Shown here piece by piece: positions 1 through 9,229 of a DNA stretch of 64,000 bases. Position 1 is the stretch's first letter. Every line of letters starts with the position of its first letter. The notes below the pieces were generated by a model. That model was not told where the DNA came from, ran no database searches, and worked only from the letters and a program-made list of their open reading frames with translations. Position numbers and translations under genes: made by a program. The stretch comes from Anaerolineae bacterium (lineage in GTDB: Bacteria > Chloroflexota > Anaerolineae > Epilineales > JAHCIE01): positions 87,800-151,799 of the forward strand of contig JAXLWJ010000004.1 in the NCBI GenBank assembly GCA_046328535.1, in the 5' to 3' direction.

Positions 1-95
1 CTGGGAGCGGAGACGCTACTGGGAGTTGCCGCTTCCAAAGAAGGACCGGAAACGGGTGAGTCTGTCGCAATCGTCAATGTGTCTCCTCAATACGG

Positions 96-1823
96 TTATG
101 GTAGCCGATACACGGTGATCGTCGGCCCCGGACGCTCGCGCTGCCAGAGACTGACAGCAGGCCCATAGACTTCGTCGAAGACCCACGTCCCCAGACTCAA
201 AGATGAGCTCGGGCGCAACTGTTGGACGAGTCCAAGATCGCTGGCCAGTGGGGCGTAGAAGCGTTGCCGAATCCGGTTCCGCTCCGCGTCTAGGACCGGG
301 ATGTCAGCGATGAAGCTGCTCACGACCAGATAGTCGTACCCTTGCTCACGGTACCAACTCAGCGGATGCTGCGATAGGCCCTCGCCGCCCAATACGGTGA
401 CATTGAACGTCCGCTCCGACGCGGGCTGCAGCTTGTCGTTAGTCGCCAGCGGCGGTCCGTAGAACGGCCAATCCACAGCTATTCTCGCACCCGCAGGAAG
501 GTTGTCTTCTATCCATTGCTTGGCGAGGGTTCGCGTGTCTGTTTGCGTCATCAAGTAATCAAAGCGGATTGAGTTAGCGAGAGGCTGCGACGTCACAAGC
601 ATGGCTATCCCCGCGACAACAGCAGCTTGAGTTCGGCGCTCAGGAAGGACCCTCGCGCATACCACATCGAGAGAGCGAGCCGCCAGTACCAGGATGATGG
701 GAACACACGGCAGTATGAAGCGGGCGAAGTACATCTGCTGGCGGCCAAGCAGGAGATAGAAGGTTACGGGCAAAGACAGGAGTACAACGTCGCCGGGCGA
801 ATGTCGCCATAGCGCCAGCGCCCATCCCGCCAACGTCAGGAAACACAGCCCCCAACCAAGCCCCCAGATCAATGTCCTGGCATAGAAGACATAACCGCCA
901 GCCGAATCAATCTGCCAGCCGTCGAATCCTTGCTGGGCGGCAAGGTAGAGACCCTGGTACGTATCATGGATAACGTTGCCGGGCCGCAGGATGAAGTACG
1001 GCGACACAATGACGGCAGTCAGGCCAGCAACAGCAGGGCTTACGATCAGGCGCGACAGGTTTGGCTTGGCGAGCCTAGACTGACTGGCTGACGGCGACAC
1101 GAAGTGGGCGACCACGATAGGGACGAGGGTGAAAATCGCCGAATACTTGGTAGCGAAGCCAAGCCCCAATGTTATTCCGGCGAGCACGTACCACCTGATC
1201 TTGCCTTCCACAGCAATCAGAATCGCGAACAGCATGGTTAGCGTCACAAGGAATGTCGTGGCGACGTCGTTGACGGCGAAGTGGGACTCCCGAACGTGGA
1301 AAAACGCTGTCGCCAGGAACCAGGCAGCTAGTAGGCCAACCCGCCGGTTGTAAGCGACCTCAGCGATCACAAACACAACGGCGATTGTCGCTGCGCCAAG
1401 CAGGGCGCTTGTACCGCGACCGAGGAGGTATAACGCAGTTGGGTCCAGCGTATTTGCCGCGCCAAATTCGGCGGTCGATCTATACCAACCTAACAGCTTG
1501 CCAACAAGAAAGAGGACACCGTACTCACCGAACAAGAGATACTTGAACAGTGGCGGGTTGCCCCACCCGGTCGGTTCGAGTCCATGCGTCCCCATGCTTG
1601 CGCCCTGACGAACGTATTGCACTTCGTCCACATGGTATTCGTAGGGCAGACCAAACCCAATGCCCCATAGCCGTAGCCCCAAGGCAAGGGCAAAAACGGC
1701 TGCAACCGCTGTCCTCGGACTAGTGAGAACGCGGAACCACAACGAAGGCAACTCGGCGGCTCTCGTCGTAGTAGAATCGAAAGTTCCCGCCGAAGATTTG
1801 TGAGTGATCGGTTCGACACTCAT
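96..1823 (-). CDS. Polytopic membrane glycosyltransferase of the GT-C fold (ArnT/PMT-like, GT39/GT83-type) with a large C-terminal soluble domain
   Basis: 575 aa. N-terminal half has multiple hydrophobic helices and a first-loop YEYHVDEVQY (DE) motif typical of GT-C enzymes (ArnT/PMT). ATG at 1821-1823. Last gene of the minus-strand glycan operon. Confidence 0.65.
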   Translation of the reverse strand: MSVEPITHKSSAGTFDSTTTRAAELPSLWFRVLTSPRTAVAAVFALALGLRLWGIGFGLPYEYHVDEVQYVRQGASMGTHGLEPTGWGNPPLFKYLLFGEYGVLFLVGKLLGWYRSTAEFGAANTLDPTALYLLGRGTSALLGAATIAVVFVIAEVAYNRRVGLLAAWFLATAFFHVRESHFAVNDVATTFLVTLTMLFAILIAVEGKIRWYVLAGITLGLGFATKYSAIFTLVPIVVAHFVSPSASQSRLAKPNLSRLIVSPAVAGLTAVIVSPYFILRPGNVIHDTYQGLYLAAQQGFDGWQIDSAGGYVFYARTLIWGLGWGLCFLTLAGWALALWRHSPGDVVLLSLPVTFYLLLGRQQMYFARFILPCVPIILVLAARSLDVVCARVLPERRTQAAVVAGIAMLVTSQPLANSIRFDYLMTQTDTRTLAKQWIEDNLPAGARIAVDWPFYGPPLATNDKLQPASERTFNVTVLGGEGLSQHPLSWYREQGYDYLVVSSFIADIPVLDAERNRIRQRFYAPLASDLGLVQQLRPSSSLSLGTWVFDEVYGPAVSLWQRERPGPTITVYRLP

Positions 1824-1827
1824 GCTA

Positions 1828-1871
1828 CTTCAGTACCCAGCGCAGGTGTTCCAGGCCGACACGGACGGCGC
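1828..1871. repeat. 44-bp near-duplicate (40/44) of the 3' end of the radical SAM gene (4875-4918), lying in the CgeB-like/GT-C intergenic spacer
   Basis: Read directly. In gene orientation the fragment encodes ...RAVRVGLEHLRWVLK*, versus the radical SAM C-terminus ...RAVRVGLEHLRWALKP*. Confidence 0.5.
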
Positions 1872-1914
1872 GTGATGGCGGCGGGGTCGCCCGCAAGCAG
1901 CGTGGCATGGCTTG

Positions 1915-2931
1915 TTACTGGCCTCGGGCGGCGTTCACAATAGTGAGCAACCCATTCTTCATTGTCAACTCTGTTGTGGTCAATTGACAAGCGTTGTCCG
2001 CTATCTGACGCCGTTCGTCCTCGTGAGATAGATAATGGCAAATGGTGTCAGCGAGCTGTTCTATGGGCGCTTCGACGAAATGCACGCCGGGTACGAACGG
2101 CGTGTGGGGCAGCGTCGGCTCGGTCACGATAAGGCTGCGACAGGGGGCCGCCAGGTAATAGCGCATTGAGTTATCATCCCACTGTTCCCGAAGCAAATTG
2201 AGCGTAACCTTCGTCCGGTTAAACAACACGTTCCTATCCTCACCAAATACGTAAGGATGCTCTACCCCGTCAATCACCATGATCTCGATATCGCGCCCAG
2301 CGAGTTGATCCCTCATGCGCTTCAGCAGCGTCCCACGGCGAGATGTGGCGATCTTGCCCAGCCACAGCACCGGTATGTCGCGGTCGAGGTTCAACGGATA
2401 ACTCCACCGATTGGACGCCCCCATGTAGGCGACCGTGGGGCGAAATCCTCTTCTCTCGAGAAGATCCGCCGTCCACAAAGAGCCGATCGCCAGCACATCC
2501 GGGAGGCCGTGCGATTTGAGCCAGTGCAAGTCACCATAGTATCTGAAACGAGACAGGCCCCGCGTTGCAAATCCAAACATGGGGCGGCTAGACCAGACGC
2601 GGGAAGGTGTCTCGGCTGTGACGAGCCTTTCGATTGCCGAACGTGTCGTGCCAACAGATCGCCACAACCACTCCGGCAGCGAAGGATCGGGGAACTGCTC
2701 TGTCATCCAAAATGCGAACAGTGGGCGTTGAGCTACGGGCAGAGCCAGCAACTGCTTGACCACAGGGACCACACTCCCAAACGGCCCATAGACAAGCACG
2801 AGTTCGACATCGCCGGGCAACGGGCCATAGCAGTCGAACCCTACTCCCTCGTGCCCCAATTCGGCCAAGGTGGCGACAATCTCTGTCGCGATACCATCAC
2901 CGTTTTGCCAGAACCCTACGCCTATTCTCAC
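1915..2931 (-). CDS. Glycosyltransferase, CgeB/GT1-like (Glyco_trans_1_2-type C-terminal domain)
   Basis: 338 aa continuous ORF. GTG start at 2929-2931 (ORF track renders it as M). C-terminal KIATSRRG...VIDGVEHPYVFGEDRNVLFNRTKV pattern resembles CgeB-like glycosyltransferases. Product assignment is moderate. Confidence 0.5.
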   Translation of the reverse strand: MRIGVGFWQNGDGIATEIVATLAELGHEGVGFDCYGPLPGDVELVLVYGPFGSVVPVVKQLLALPVAQRPLFAFWMTEQFPDPSLPEWLWRSVGTTRSAIERLVTAETPSRVWSSRPMFGFATRGLSRFRYYGDLHWLKSHGLPDVLAIGSLWTADLLERRGFRPTVAYMGASNRWSYPLNLDRDIPVLWLGKIATSRRGTLLKRMRDQLAGRDIEIMVIDGVEHPYVFGEDRNVLFNRTKVTLNLLREQWDDNSMRYYLAAPCRSLIVTEPTLPHTPFVPGVHFVEAPIEQLADTICHYLSHEDERRQIADNACQLTTTELTMKNGLLTIVNAARGQ

Positions 2932-2951
2932 AAGGTCTCCACGGCTTCGAG

Positions 2952-4178
2952 TCAGTGAACGGGAACCATGTCAGCCGACGGTATCGCCAGCCTCTGTCGG
3001 ACTTGCCCACCATTCTCAATCACAAACCGAATGATCTGGCAGATCGCGGCAACGTCACGGGTGGTCACGGCGGTGCCGGTCGGTAGCGACAACGCCCGAC
3101 AGCACAGCCGCTCGGTCTCTGGGAGGAGCAGCCCCGCGTGGGGGAAGTACGAGCGATACGGCTCCATCTGGTGGACACCGGGATAGAAATAGCGCCGCGC
3201 CAGCACATTCTCCGCGTGCAGAATCTCCACCATCTGGTCCCGCGTCACGCCCGTGACCGCTTCGTCAATTTCCAGGATGATGTATTGGTAATTGTTCCGC
3301 TCGTCCTCGTCGTACTGTGCCAGGCTCACCCCTGGCACATCGGCCAAGTCCGACTTGTAACGTAGATAGTTGTGGTGGTTCGTGGCAACGAAGTCGTCCA
3401 TACTCTCCAAACTCGTTAGCCCCATCGCCGCGCACACCTCGTTCATCTTGCCGTTCGTGCCGACATACAGCACCGTGTCATACCCCGCGAAGCCGAAGTT
3501 GCGCATATAGCGGATGCGCTCGGCCAGATCGTCGTCATTGGTGACCACCGCGCCGCCCTCAAACGTGTTCAGGAACTTCGTCGCGTGGAAGCTCAACACC
3601 TCAGCATCGCCAAACCCGCCGATCAGACGGCCTTTGTAGGAGCAGCCAAACGCGTGCGCCGCATCGAACAACAGCCGCAAGCGGCGGCGCTCCGCCATCT
3701 CCGTGAGGGCGTCAATGTCGCACGGCCTTCCCCAGACATGGACGCCGACAATGCCCGTCGTGCGGGGCGTAATCATCATCTCCACGCGCTGCGGGTCAAT
3801 GGAGTGCGTCCCCGGCTTGATGTCGGCGAAGACCGGCGTGATCTCCTGCCATTGGAGAGCATGGGCCGTCGCCACGAATGTGAAAGATGGCACGATGACC
3901 TCGCCCGTCATGCCGAGGGCGCGGATCGCGATCTCCAGGGCAATGGTGGCGTTGCACATCGCAACACAGTGCCGGACGCCGAGGAACTGGGCGATCGCCG
4001 CCTCGAACTCCAGCACGAATGGCCCATTGTTGGTCAGCCAGCGGCGATCGAGCATGTCATCGAGGCGTTCCATGAGCCGCCGCCGATCACCGATGTTGGG
4101 GCGGCCGACGTGGAGCGGCTGCTCGAACGCGACTTCGCCGTCGAAAACGGCCAGGTCAGTGAGCTTCGTCTTGCTCAT
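2952..4178 (-). CDS. DegT/DnrJ/EryC1/StrS-family PLP-dependent sugar aminotransferase
   Basis: 408 aa. Family-typical motifs: NGPFVLEFE, VAMCNATIALEIA, IVPSFTFVATA, SFHATKFLNTFEGGAVV, and MNEVCAAMGL. ATG at 4176-4178. Confidence 0.85.
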   Translation of the reverse strand: MSKTKLTDLAVFDGEVAFEQPLHVGRPNIGDRRRLMERLDDMLDRRWLTNNGPFVLEFEAAIAQFLGVRHCVAMCNATIALEIAIRALGMTGEVIVPSFTFVATAHALQWQEITPVFADIKPGTHSIDPQRVEMMITPRTTGIVGVHVWGRPCDIDALTEMAERRRLRLLFDAAHAFGCSYKGRLIGGFGDAEVLSFHATKFLNTFEGGAVVTNDDDLAERIRYMRNFGFAGYDTVLYVGTNGKMNEVCAAMGLTSLESMDDFVATNHHNYLRYKSDLADVPGVSLAQYDEDERNNYQYIILEIDEAVTGVTRDQMVEILHAENVLARRYFYPGVHQMEPYRSYFPHAGLLLPETERLCCRALSLPTGTAVTTRDVAAICQIIRFVIENGGQVRQRLAIPSADMVPVH

Positions 4179-4845
4179 GCAGATGCCATCCGCTTTCTCT
4201 CGTCTTCACGACGCGGCCCGGCACACCGACCACAGTGCTATTAGGCAGAACGTTTCGGATGACAGTACAGCCAGCCCCAATCACCGACCATCGTCCCACC
4301 TCGATTCGCTGGATGATGCTAGCACCAGTTCCGACATAACAGCCCTCTTGAAGTACGACGTTGCCCGATACGCAAACGCCCGGCCCCAAGGCTGCGAAGT
4401 CCGCAAACATCGTGTCATGACCTATCGTGCAGGCCGGGTTGATGTGGACATGCGCGCCTATATTGACATGATTGCTTAGCGTACAGCTTGCCGCAATGAC
4501 GGAACCCTCCCCTATCTCAACCCACCGCGTCACAATCACCGACGGATGAACAACGCTGCAGAAGTGACATCCCAGTTCGCGCGCGCGGGCCACCAGCCGT
4601 CTACGGTATTCTGGAGCGCCGACACCGCATATCACCTTCACGTGGTCCGCCAGGTCTCGGAGGCGGTCGAAGCCGCCCAGAATCGGCTTGTCGTTGACGA
4701 GAGTCCCCGGCGCGCCGTATTGAGGGTCTACGATGAAACCGAGGACATCATAGCGCGGGGTGTCCTGGTTGCACGCCTCGAAAACGTCCAACACTTCGCG
4801 CGCGAATCCCCCTGCCCCGATGATTACGACCCTTGTCATGTTCAT
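4156..4845 (-). CDS. NeuD/PglD-like hexapeptide-repeat sugar N-acetyltransferase
   Basis: The ORF track extends to 5106 with an Arg/Gly-rich spurious N-terminus. The real start is probably ATG at 4843-4845 (MNMTRVVIIGAGGFAREVLD Rossmann-like N-terminus), followed by left-handed beta-helix hexapeptide repeats (IGHDTMFADFAALGPGVCVSGNV...). It overlaps the aminotransferase start by 23 bp. Confidence 0.65.
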   Translation of the reverse strand: MNMTRVVIIGAGGFAREVLDVFEACNQDTPRYDVLGFIVDPQYGAPGTLVNDKPILGGFDRLRDLADHVKVICGVGAPEYRRRLVARARELGCHFCSVVHPSVIVTRWVEIGEGSVIAASCTLSNHVNIGAHVHINPACTIGHDTMFADFAALGPGVCVSGNVVLQEGCYVGTGASIIQRIEVGRWSVIGAGCTVIRNVLPNSTVVGVPGRVVKTRESGWHLHEQDEAH

Positions 4846-4868
4846 TAAGAATAGATCCGAAGTTGTTG

Positions 4869-6587
4869 TTACGGCTTCAGCGCCCAGCGTAGGTGTTCCA
4901 GGCCGACGCGGACGGCGCGTTTGAAGGTGGACGGGTCGCTGACCAGCATCTTGGCGTACGTCATCGCCGGGCCGGGCCGCAGCGCCCACTCCCGAAACGC
5001 GCGCTTCTGCCAGTACATCAGGTCCTCCGCCGAGAGGTTGTCGTATTGGAGGACGGTACCCTTGTCCATGTCCACCTCCTCCCACTTCGTCCCCGGCTTG
5101 AACCACCCCTTCTCCACCACCTCGAAGAAGAACGGCGTCCCCGGGTACGGCGCGGCGATGTGGAACAGCGCGATCTCCAGCGGCAGGCTCTTCGCGAAGT
5201 CAATCGTCTGGCGGATCGTCTCCACCGTCTCCCCCGGCAGCCCGATGATGAAGTAGCCCCAGTTCTTGATGCCCGCCTGCCGCGCCCACGTCAGCGCCTG
5301 CTGCGCCTTCTTCGGGTCCGCCCCCTTCGCCGCCCGCTTCAGAATCTGCTCGTTCCCACTCTCGATGCCCCACGAGATCATCCAGCAGCCGGCGCGGCCC
5401 ATCAGCCGCAGCATCTCCTCGTCCACGTAGTCCACGCGGCTGTTGCACGTCCACTTCACCTTCAGCCCCTCGTCAATGATGAGCTGGCACAGCTTTACCA
5501 CCTGCTCGCGGTTGATCGTGAACAGGTCGGCGTACATGTGGATGTTGTGGATGCCCAGGTCGTTCAGCAGCCACATCTCCTGCACGATGCGTTCTGGCGA
5601 GTGCAGCCGCACCGACCACTGGTACGTCACGTGCTTGATGCAGTACTTGCAGCCCGCCGTGCAGCCGCGGCTCGTCACCATGAACACGAACGGCCCCTTC
5701 ATCAAGGGCATGCGGTACTGGTCCAGCGGCAGGAGGTGGTACAGCGGGATCGGCAGGTCGTCGAGGACGGGGATGAAGGGGCGCGGCGGGTTCATGGTGA
5801 TCTCGCCGTTCTTGCGCCACACCAGCCCCTTGATTTTAGATAAGTCCGGCGGCACACCGTTCTTTGGCTTGTCGGGCGCCGTCGCCTCCCAGCGCGGGTC
5901 CGTCTTCGCTAGCAGCGTCTCCACCCACGCCGAGCGGTTCGACTCGCGGCCCTCCAGCACGTCAATCAGCTCGCGGAACGTCAGCTCCGGCTCGCCGCGC
6001 AGCACGTAGTCCAGGCCGGGGTAGTCGCGCAGTGTCTCCGTCGGCATCGCCGTCACGTGCGTCCCGAACGCGATCGTCACCGCCCCCAGCGCCTTCGCGA
6101 ACATCACCCCGTACATGTCGTTCGTCAGCGTCGGCGCGGTCACCTGGGTGAAGTAGTACTTCGGCGCCTTCTCCTGCACGATCTTCTCGAACTGCGGCCA
6201 CGTCATGCGCTCGGCGATCGCGTCCACGATATGCAGCGTGTAGTCCGGGTGGAGCATCGCCGCGTGCTGCGCCAGGGAGCACTGCGGCCACACCATCTCC
6301 TCGCGGCTGCGGCGGCCGACGCGGTGCTGCGTGCGGATCCAGATGCCGCCGTCCGGCGACGGCGGGTTCACCAGCATCACGTCCACCGCGCCCGGCGGCC
6401 GCGCCTTGATGAGGTCCCGCACCGCCGCGCCCGCGTCCGGGTACTGCGGTGGCCGGATCGGCTTCACCGCCCGCGTTCCCAGGTTATGCTTCAAGTCCTC
6501 CCGCGTCCCCACGTCCTCGACCTTGATGACGTCGTCGGGCAGCGTCGTTGTCGTCGGTTGTGTCGGCTGTATCCCGTTCGCGCTCAT
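4869..6587 (-). CDS. Cobalamin(B12)-binding radical SAM enzyme (class B radical SAM, methyltransferase-like)
   Basis: CxxxCxxC cluster motif SRGCTAGCKYC with an upstream B12-binding-like domain. True start is ATG 6585-6587, forming an ATGA 4-nt overlap with the upstream GT2 gene stop. The ORF-track N-terminal extension to 7469 is Arg-rich out-of-frame noise. Confidence 0.85.
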   Translation of the reverse strand: MSANGIQPTQPTTTTLPDDVIKVEDVGTREDLKHNLGTRAVKPIRPPQYPDAGAAVRDLIKARPPGAVDVMLVNPPSPDGGIWIRTQHRVGRRSREEMVWPQCSLAQHAAMLHPDYTLHIVDAIAERMTWPQFEKIVQEKAPKYYFTQVTAPTLTNDMYGVMFAKALGAVTIAFGTHVTAMPTETLRDYPGLDYVLRGEPELTFRELIDVLEGRESNRSAWVETLLAKTDPRWEATAPDKPKNGVPPDLSKIKGLVWRKNGEITMNPPRPFIPVLDDLPIPLYHLLPLDQYRMPLMKGPFVFMVTSRGCTAGCKYCIKHVTYQWSVRLHSPERIVQEMWLLNDLGIHNIHMYADLFTINREQVVKLCQLIIDEGLKVKWTCNSRVDYVDEEMLRLMGRAGCWMISWGIESGNEQILKRAAKGADPKKAQQALTWARQAGIKNWGYFIIGLPGETVETIRQTIDFAKSLPLEIALFHIAAPYPGTPFFFEVVEKGWFKPGTKWEEVDMDKGTVLQYDNLSAEDLMYWQKRAFREWALRPGPAMTYAKMLVSDPSTFKRAVRVGLEHLRWALKP

Positions 6588-7852
6588 CCCGCTCCCCCCA
6601 TTTCCCGGCTCACCTCCGCCTCGCGCTCGCTCAACGCCTCCAGCACCCGCATCACGATCCACGAGATGAACAGCTGCACCCCGATGAGCACCAGCAGCGC
6701 GCTCGCCAGCAGCCAGAACCACAGCCGCTGCATCTCCCACCCGGTCAGTCCCATCCCCAGCGCCCCGACCCCCACCACCGTCCCCGCCGCCACCGCCAGC
6801 AGCCCGATCCACCAGAACTGCCTGTCGAGGGGCTGGGCGAACAGCGGCTTGCCGAACAGCCCCTGGCGCACCGGCGCCTTGCGGAACAGGGACACCAGGT
6901 AGTTGAAGGTCGCGCCCAGGGTGAACAGGCTCACCCCCGCCACCCCTAACACCATCGCCGCGTAGACGCTGAACACGCCCCACGGCCCGAGCTGGGTGAT
7001 GCCCTGCGCCCGCATCCCGGCGATCACGACGGCGACGGCGACGGCGATAGTCATCGCCGCGACGCCAATCGCGCCGAGCAGCCGCGCCGGGTTGTACTCC
7101 AGCGAGGTCCACAGGATGGTGTAGAGGAACTTCGTCCCGTCGCGCACGACGCTCAGCTTGGAGCGGCCGACGCGCTCCTGGTAGGCGATGGGTACCTCGG
7201 CGACGCGCAGGCTCTCGTGGACGGCGCGCGTGCTCATGACCGGGGTGAAGTTGAGGCCGTCGGGCAGCGGGTAGAGCTGCGCCAGGGCCGCGCGTCGCAG
7301 GACGCGCATCCCGCTGGCCGGGTCGGCGACGCGCTGATTGCCGATCATGCTGACGAGGTTCGACCACATGAAGTTGCCGACCTGCCGCACCATCGGCATG
7401 TGGCTCTCGGCCCCGGACCGCCGCGACCCGACCGCCACGTCGGCGTCGTGGTCGAGGATGGCGCGGCACAGGGCGGGAAAGGCTTCCGGCGGGTACGTCC
7501 CGTCGGCGTCGGTGAAGGCCAGGAGCTGGCCGCGCGCCGCGTTGAAGCCGGTCTTGATGGCCGCGCCGTAGCCGCGATTGACGGGGTGGCGGATGAGGCG
7601 CGCCTGCGGGAGACCCTCGACGATCTCGGCGGTGCGGTCCGTTGAGCCGTCGTCCACGACGAGAATCTCCAGCCGCTCGACGCCGGCGGCCGTCAGCGCC
7701 GGCCCGACGGCGGCGATGCGGCGCACGATGTCGGCGATGCCGTCCTCCTCGTTCAGCGCCGGGATGACCACCGAGAGCATCACCGGCGCGGCGATGGTCC
7801 GGTCAATCGCTCGTCCAAGCTCTAGCGGATAGAGTGCGCTGTCTACGGTCAT
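6584..7852 (-). CDS. GT2-family polyprenyl-phosphate glycosyltransferase (DPM1/ArnC/GtrB-like) with C-terminal transmembrane helices
   Basis: 422 aa. VVIPALNEE, LVVDDGSTDRT, TDADGTYPPE and GSRR are typical GT2-A motifs. Hydrophobic C-terminal 150 aa. ATG 7850-7852. Confidence 0.85.
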   Translation of the reverse strand: MTVDSALYPLELGRAIDRTIAAPVMLSVVIPALNEEDGIADIVRRIAAVGPALTAAGVERLEILVVDDGSTDRTAEIVEGLPQARLIRHPVNRGYGAAIKTGFNAARGQLLAFTDADGTYPPEAFPALCRAILDHDADVAVGSRRSGAESHMPMVRQVGNFMWSNLVSMIGNQRVADPASGMRVLRRAALAQLYPLPDGLNFTPVMSTRAVHESLRVAEVPIAYQERVGRSKLSVVRDGTKFLYTILWTSLEYNPARLLGAIGVAAMTIAVAVAVVIAGMRAQGITQLGPWGVFSVYAAMVLGVAGVSLFTLGATFNYLVSLFRKAPVRQGLFGKPLFAQPLDRQFWWIGLLAVAAGTVVGVGALGMGLTGWEMQRLWFWLLASALLVLIGVQLFISWIVMRVLEALSEREAEVSREMGGAG

Positions 7853-7865
7853 CTCGCCCCCCTGT

Positions 7866-8519
7866 TTACGCGAAGAAGACCTGCCGTTGCGGCGTCGCGC
7901 CGTTGGCGTCCACCGTCTTGATCACCCGCGCCGGAACCCCCGCTACCACCGTATGCGGCGGCACATCGTTCGTGACGACCGCGCCCGCCGCGACCACCGC
8001 CCCCCGGCCGACGCGGACGCCGTCGGTGAGGATCGCCCCGCCGCCGATCCACACGTCGTCCTCGACCACGATGCCGTCGGCGGTGATGCCCTGCTCGATG
8101 AACGGGCGGTGGGGGTCGCTGTAGACGTGGTTGACGGCCAGCATCTGCACCAGCGGCGAGGTATAGACCCGGTCGCCGATGGTGATGCCCCCCTGGCCGC
8201 GCAGGACGTTGTACTCACCGATGAGGCTGTCGCGTCCGATGCGGATGCCCGAGTGGGGCAGGCCGCGGAAGTTGTAGACGTGGAGGATAGCGCCGTGCAT
8301 CACCAGGGTGTTCGCCCCAATGTCAATGCCGTTGGGGCAGGCGTGCAGGTAGACGCCGTGGTCGAGGTATGCGCCGCGGCCGAGGCGGATGTTGCCGGCG
8401 AACCGCAGCCGCACGCCGTTCTCGATGGCCGCCGCGCCGTCCATACGCAGGATGAGCGGGTAGAGGAGGGCGCGCGCGCCGATGCCGACGACCGTCGGCA
8501 TCCAGCCGACGAGGGCCAT
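7866..8519 (-). CDS. Hexapeptide-repeat (LbH) O-acetyltransferase with N-terminal hydrophobic anchor
   Basis: Hexapeptide repeats ([49 protein letters not shown]) follow an N-terminal hydrophobic stretch. Start is ambiguous: ATG at 8517-8519 is chosen, with GTG at 8592-8594 as alternative. The ORF-track start at 8855 is Arg-rich noise overlapping gmhB. Confidence 0.6.
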   Translation of the reverse strand: MALVGWMPTVVGIGARALLYPLILRMDGAAAIENGVRLRFAGNIRLGRGAYLDHGVYLHACPNGIDIGANTLVMHGAILHVYNFRGLPHSGIRIGRDSLIGEYNVLRGQGGITIGDRVYTSPLVQMLAVNHVYSDPHRPFIEQGITADGIVVEDDVWIGGGAILTDGVRVGRGAVVAAGAVVTNDVPPHTVVAGVPARVIKTVDANGATPQRQVFFA

Positions 8520-8566
8520 GATGACTTGCTCGAACGTATAGCGCGGCAGGCTCGCCGCCTGGCGGC

Positions 8567-9214
8567 TCAGGTAGAGTCGGAGTTGGTCAACCACGGTTGT
8601 GTCAGCCTGGCTTGCGGGGCGTTCGGCAGGGGCCAGCGCGGGAAGAGGCGCTGGCGGAGGGCGCGGCGGCGCTCGGCCCAGATGAGCCAGCTCACGGCGT
8701 TCGGCAGATCGGGCGCGACCTGATAGCGCCTGAACTCGTGCGCCGCCGGCGAGGCGAGCTGCTGCCGCCCGCGGCCCGTCCGCACCAGCACGGTCGCGCA
8801 GCCGGCGGCCTGCCCGGCGGCGATGTCGCTGAAGGCGTCGCCGACGAGGTAGCACTCGCTCAGGCGGAGGTTGAACGACTGCGCGGCCTGGATGAGCAGG
8901 CCCGGCTTCGGCTTGCGGCAGTCGCAGCCCTCGGCGGGGTCGTGGGGGCAGTACAGGACGGCGTCAATGGCCCCACCAGCCGTCTCGACGGTCGCCAGCA
9001 TGCGCCCGTTGATGTCTTCGACCACGGCTTGCGGCACGATGTGGCGGTGAATGATAGCCTGGTTGGTCACGACGATGACCCGCCAGCCGGCGGCGCGCAG
9101 GCGGCGCAGCGAGGCCAGGGCGCCCGGCAGGAAGACGAACTCATCCCACGACTTGACATGATCGGCCCGGTTCTCGTTGATGACGCCATCGCGGTCGAGG
9201 AACACGGTTTTCAT
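8567..9214 (-). CDS. gmhB: HAD-IIIA family D-glycero-D-manno-heptose 1,7-bisphosphate phosphatase
   Basis: 215 aa. N-terminal DRDGVIN HAD motif I and the VVTNQ motif. [18 protein letters not shown] Zn-finger-like insert and a GDAFSD motif IV are characteristic of GmhB/histidinol-phosphatase-type HAD-IIIA enzymes. ATG 9212-9214. Confidence 0.75.
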   Translation of the reverse strand: MKTVFLDRDGVINENRADHVKSWDEFVFLPGALASLRRLRAAGWRVIVVTNQAIIHRHIVPQAVVEDINGRMLATVETAGGAIDAVLYCPHDPAEGCDCRKPKPGLLIQAAQSFNLRLSECYLVGDAFSDIAAGQAAGCATVLVRTGRGRQQLASPAAHEFRRYQVAPDLPNAVSWLIWAERRRALRQRLFPRWPLPNAPQARLTQPWLTNSDST

Positions 9215-9229
9215 GGTCAGGGCCTTGTG

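Noticed and set aside
4846-5106. N-terminal 87-aa extension of the NeuD-like acetyltransferase ORF
   Set aside because: Gly/Arg-rich, overlapping the rSAM 3' end. A Rossmann-like N-terminus begins at M88/M90.
6588-7469. N-terminal 294-aa extension of the radical SAM ORF (MPRHPRPRRRRGG...)
   Set aside because: Out-of-frame overlap with the GT2 gene. The rSAM start ATG forms an ATGA overlap with the GT2 stop at 6584-6587.
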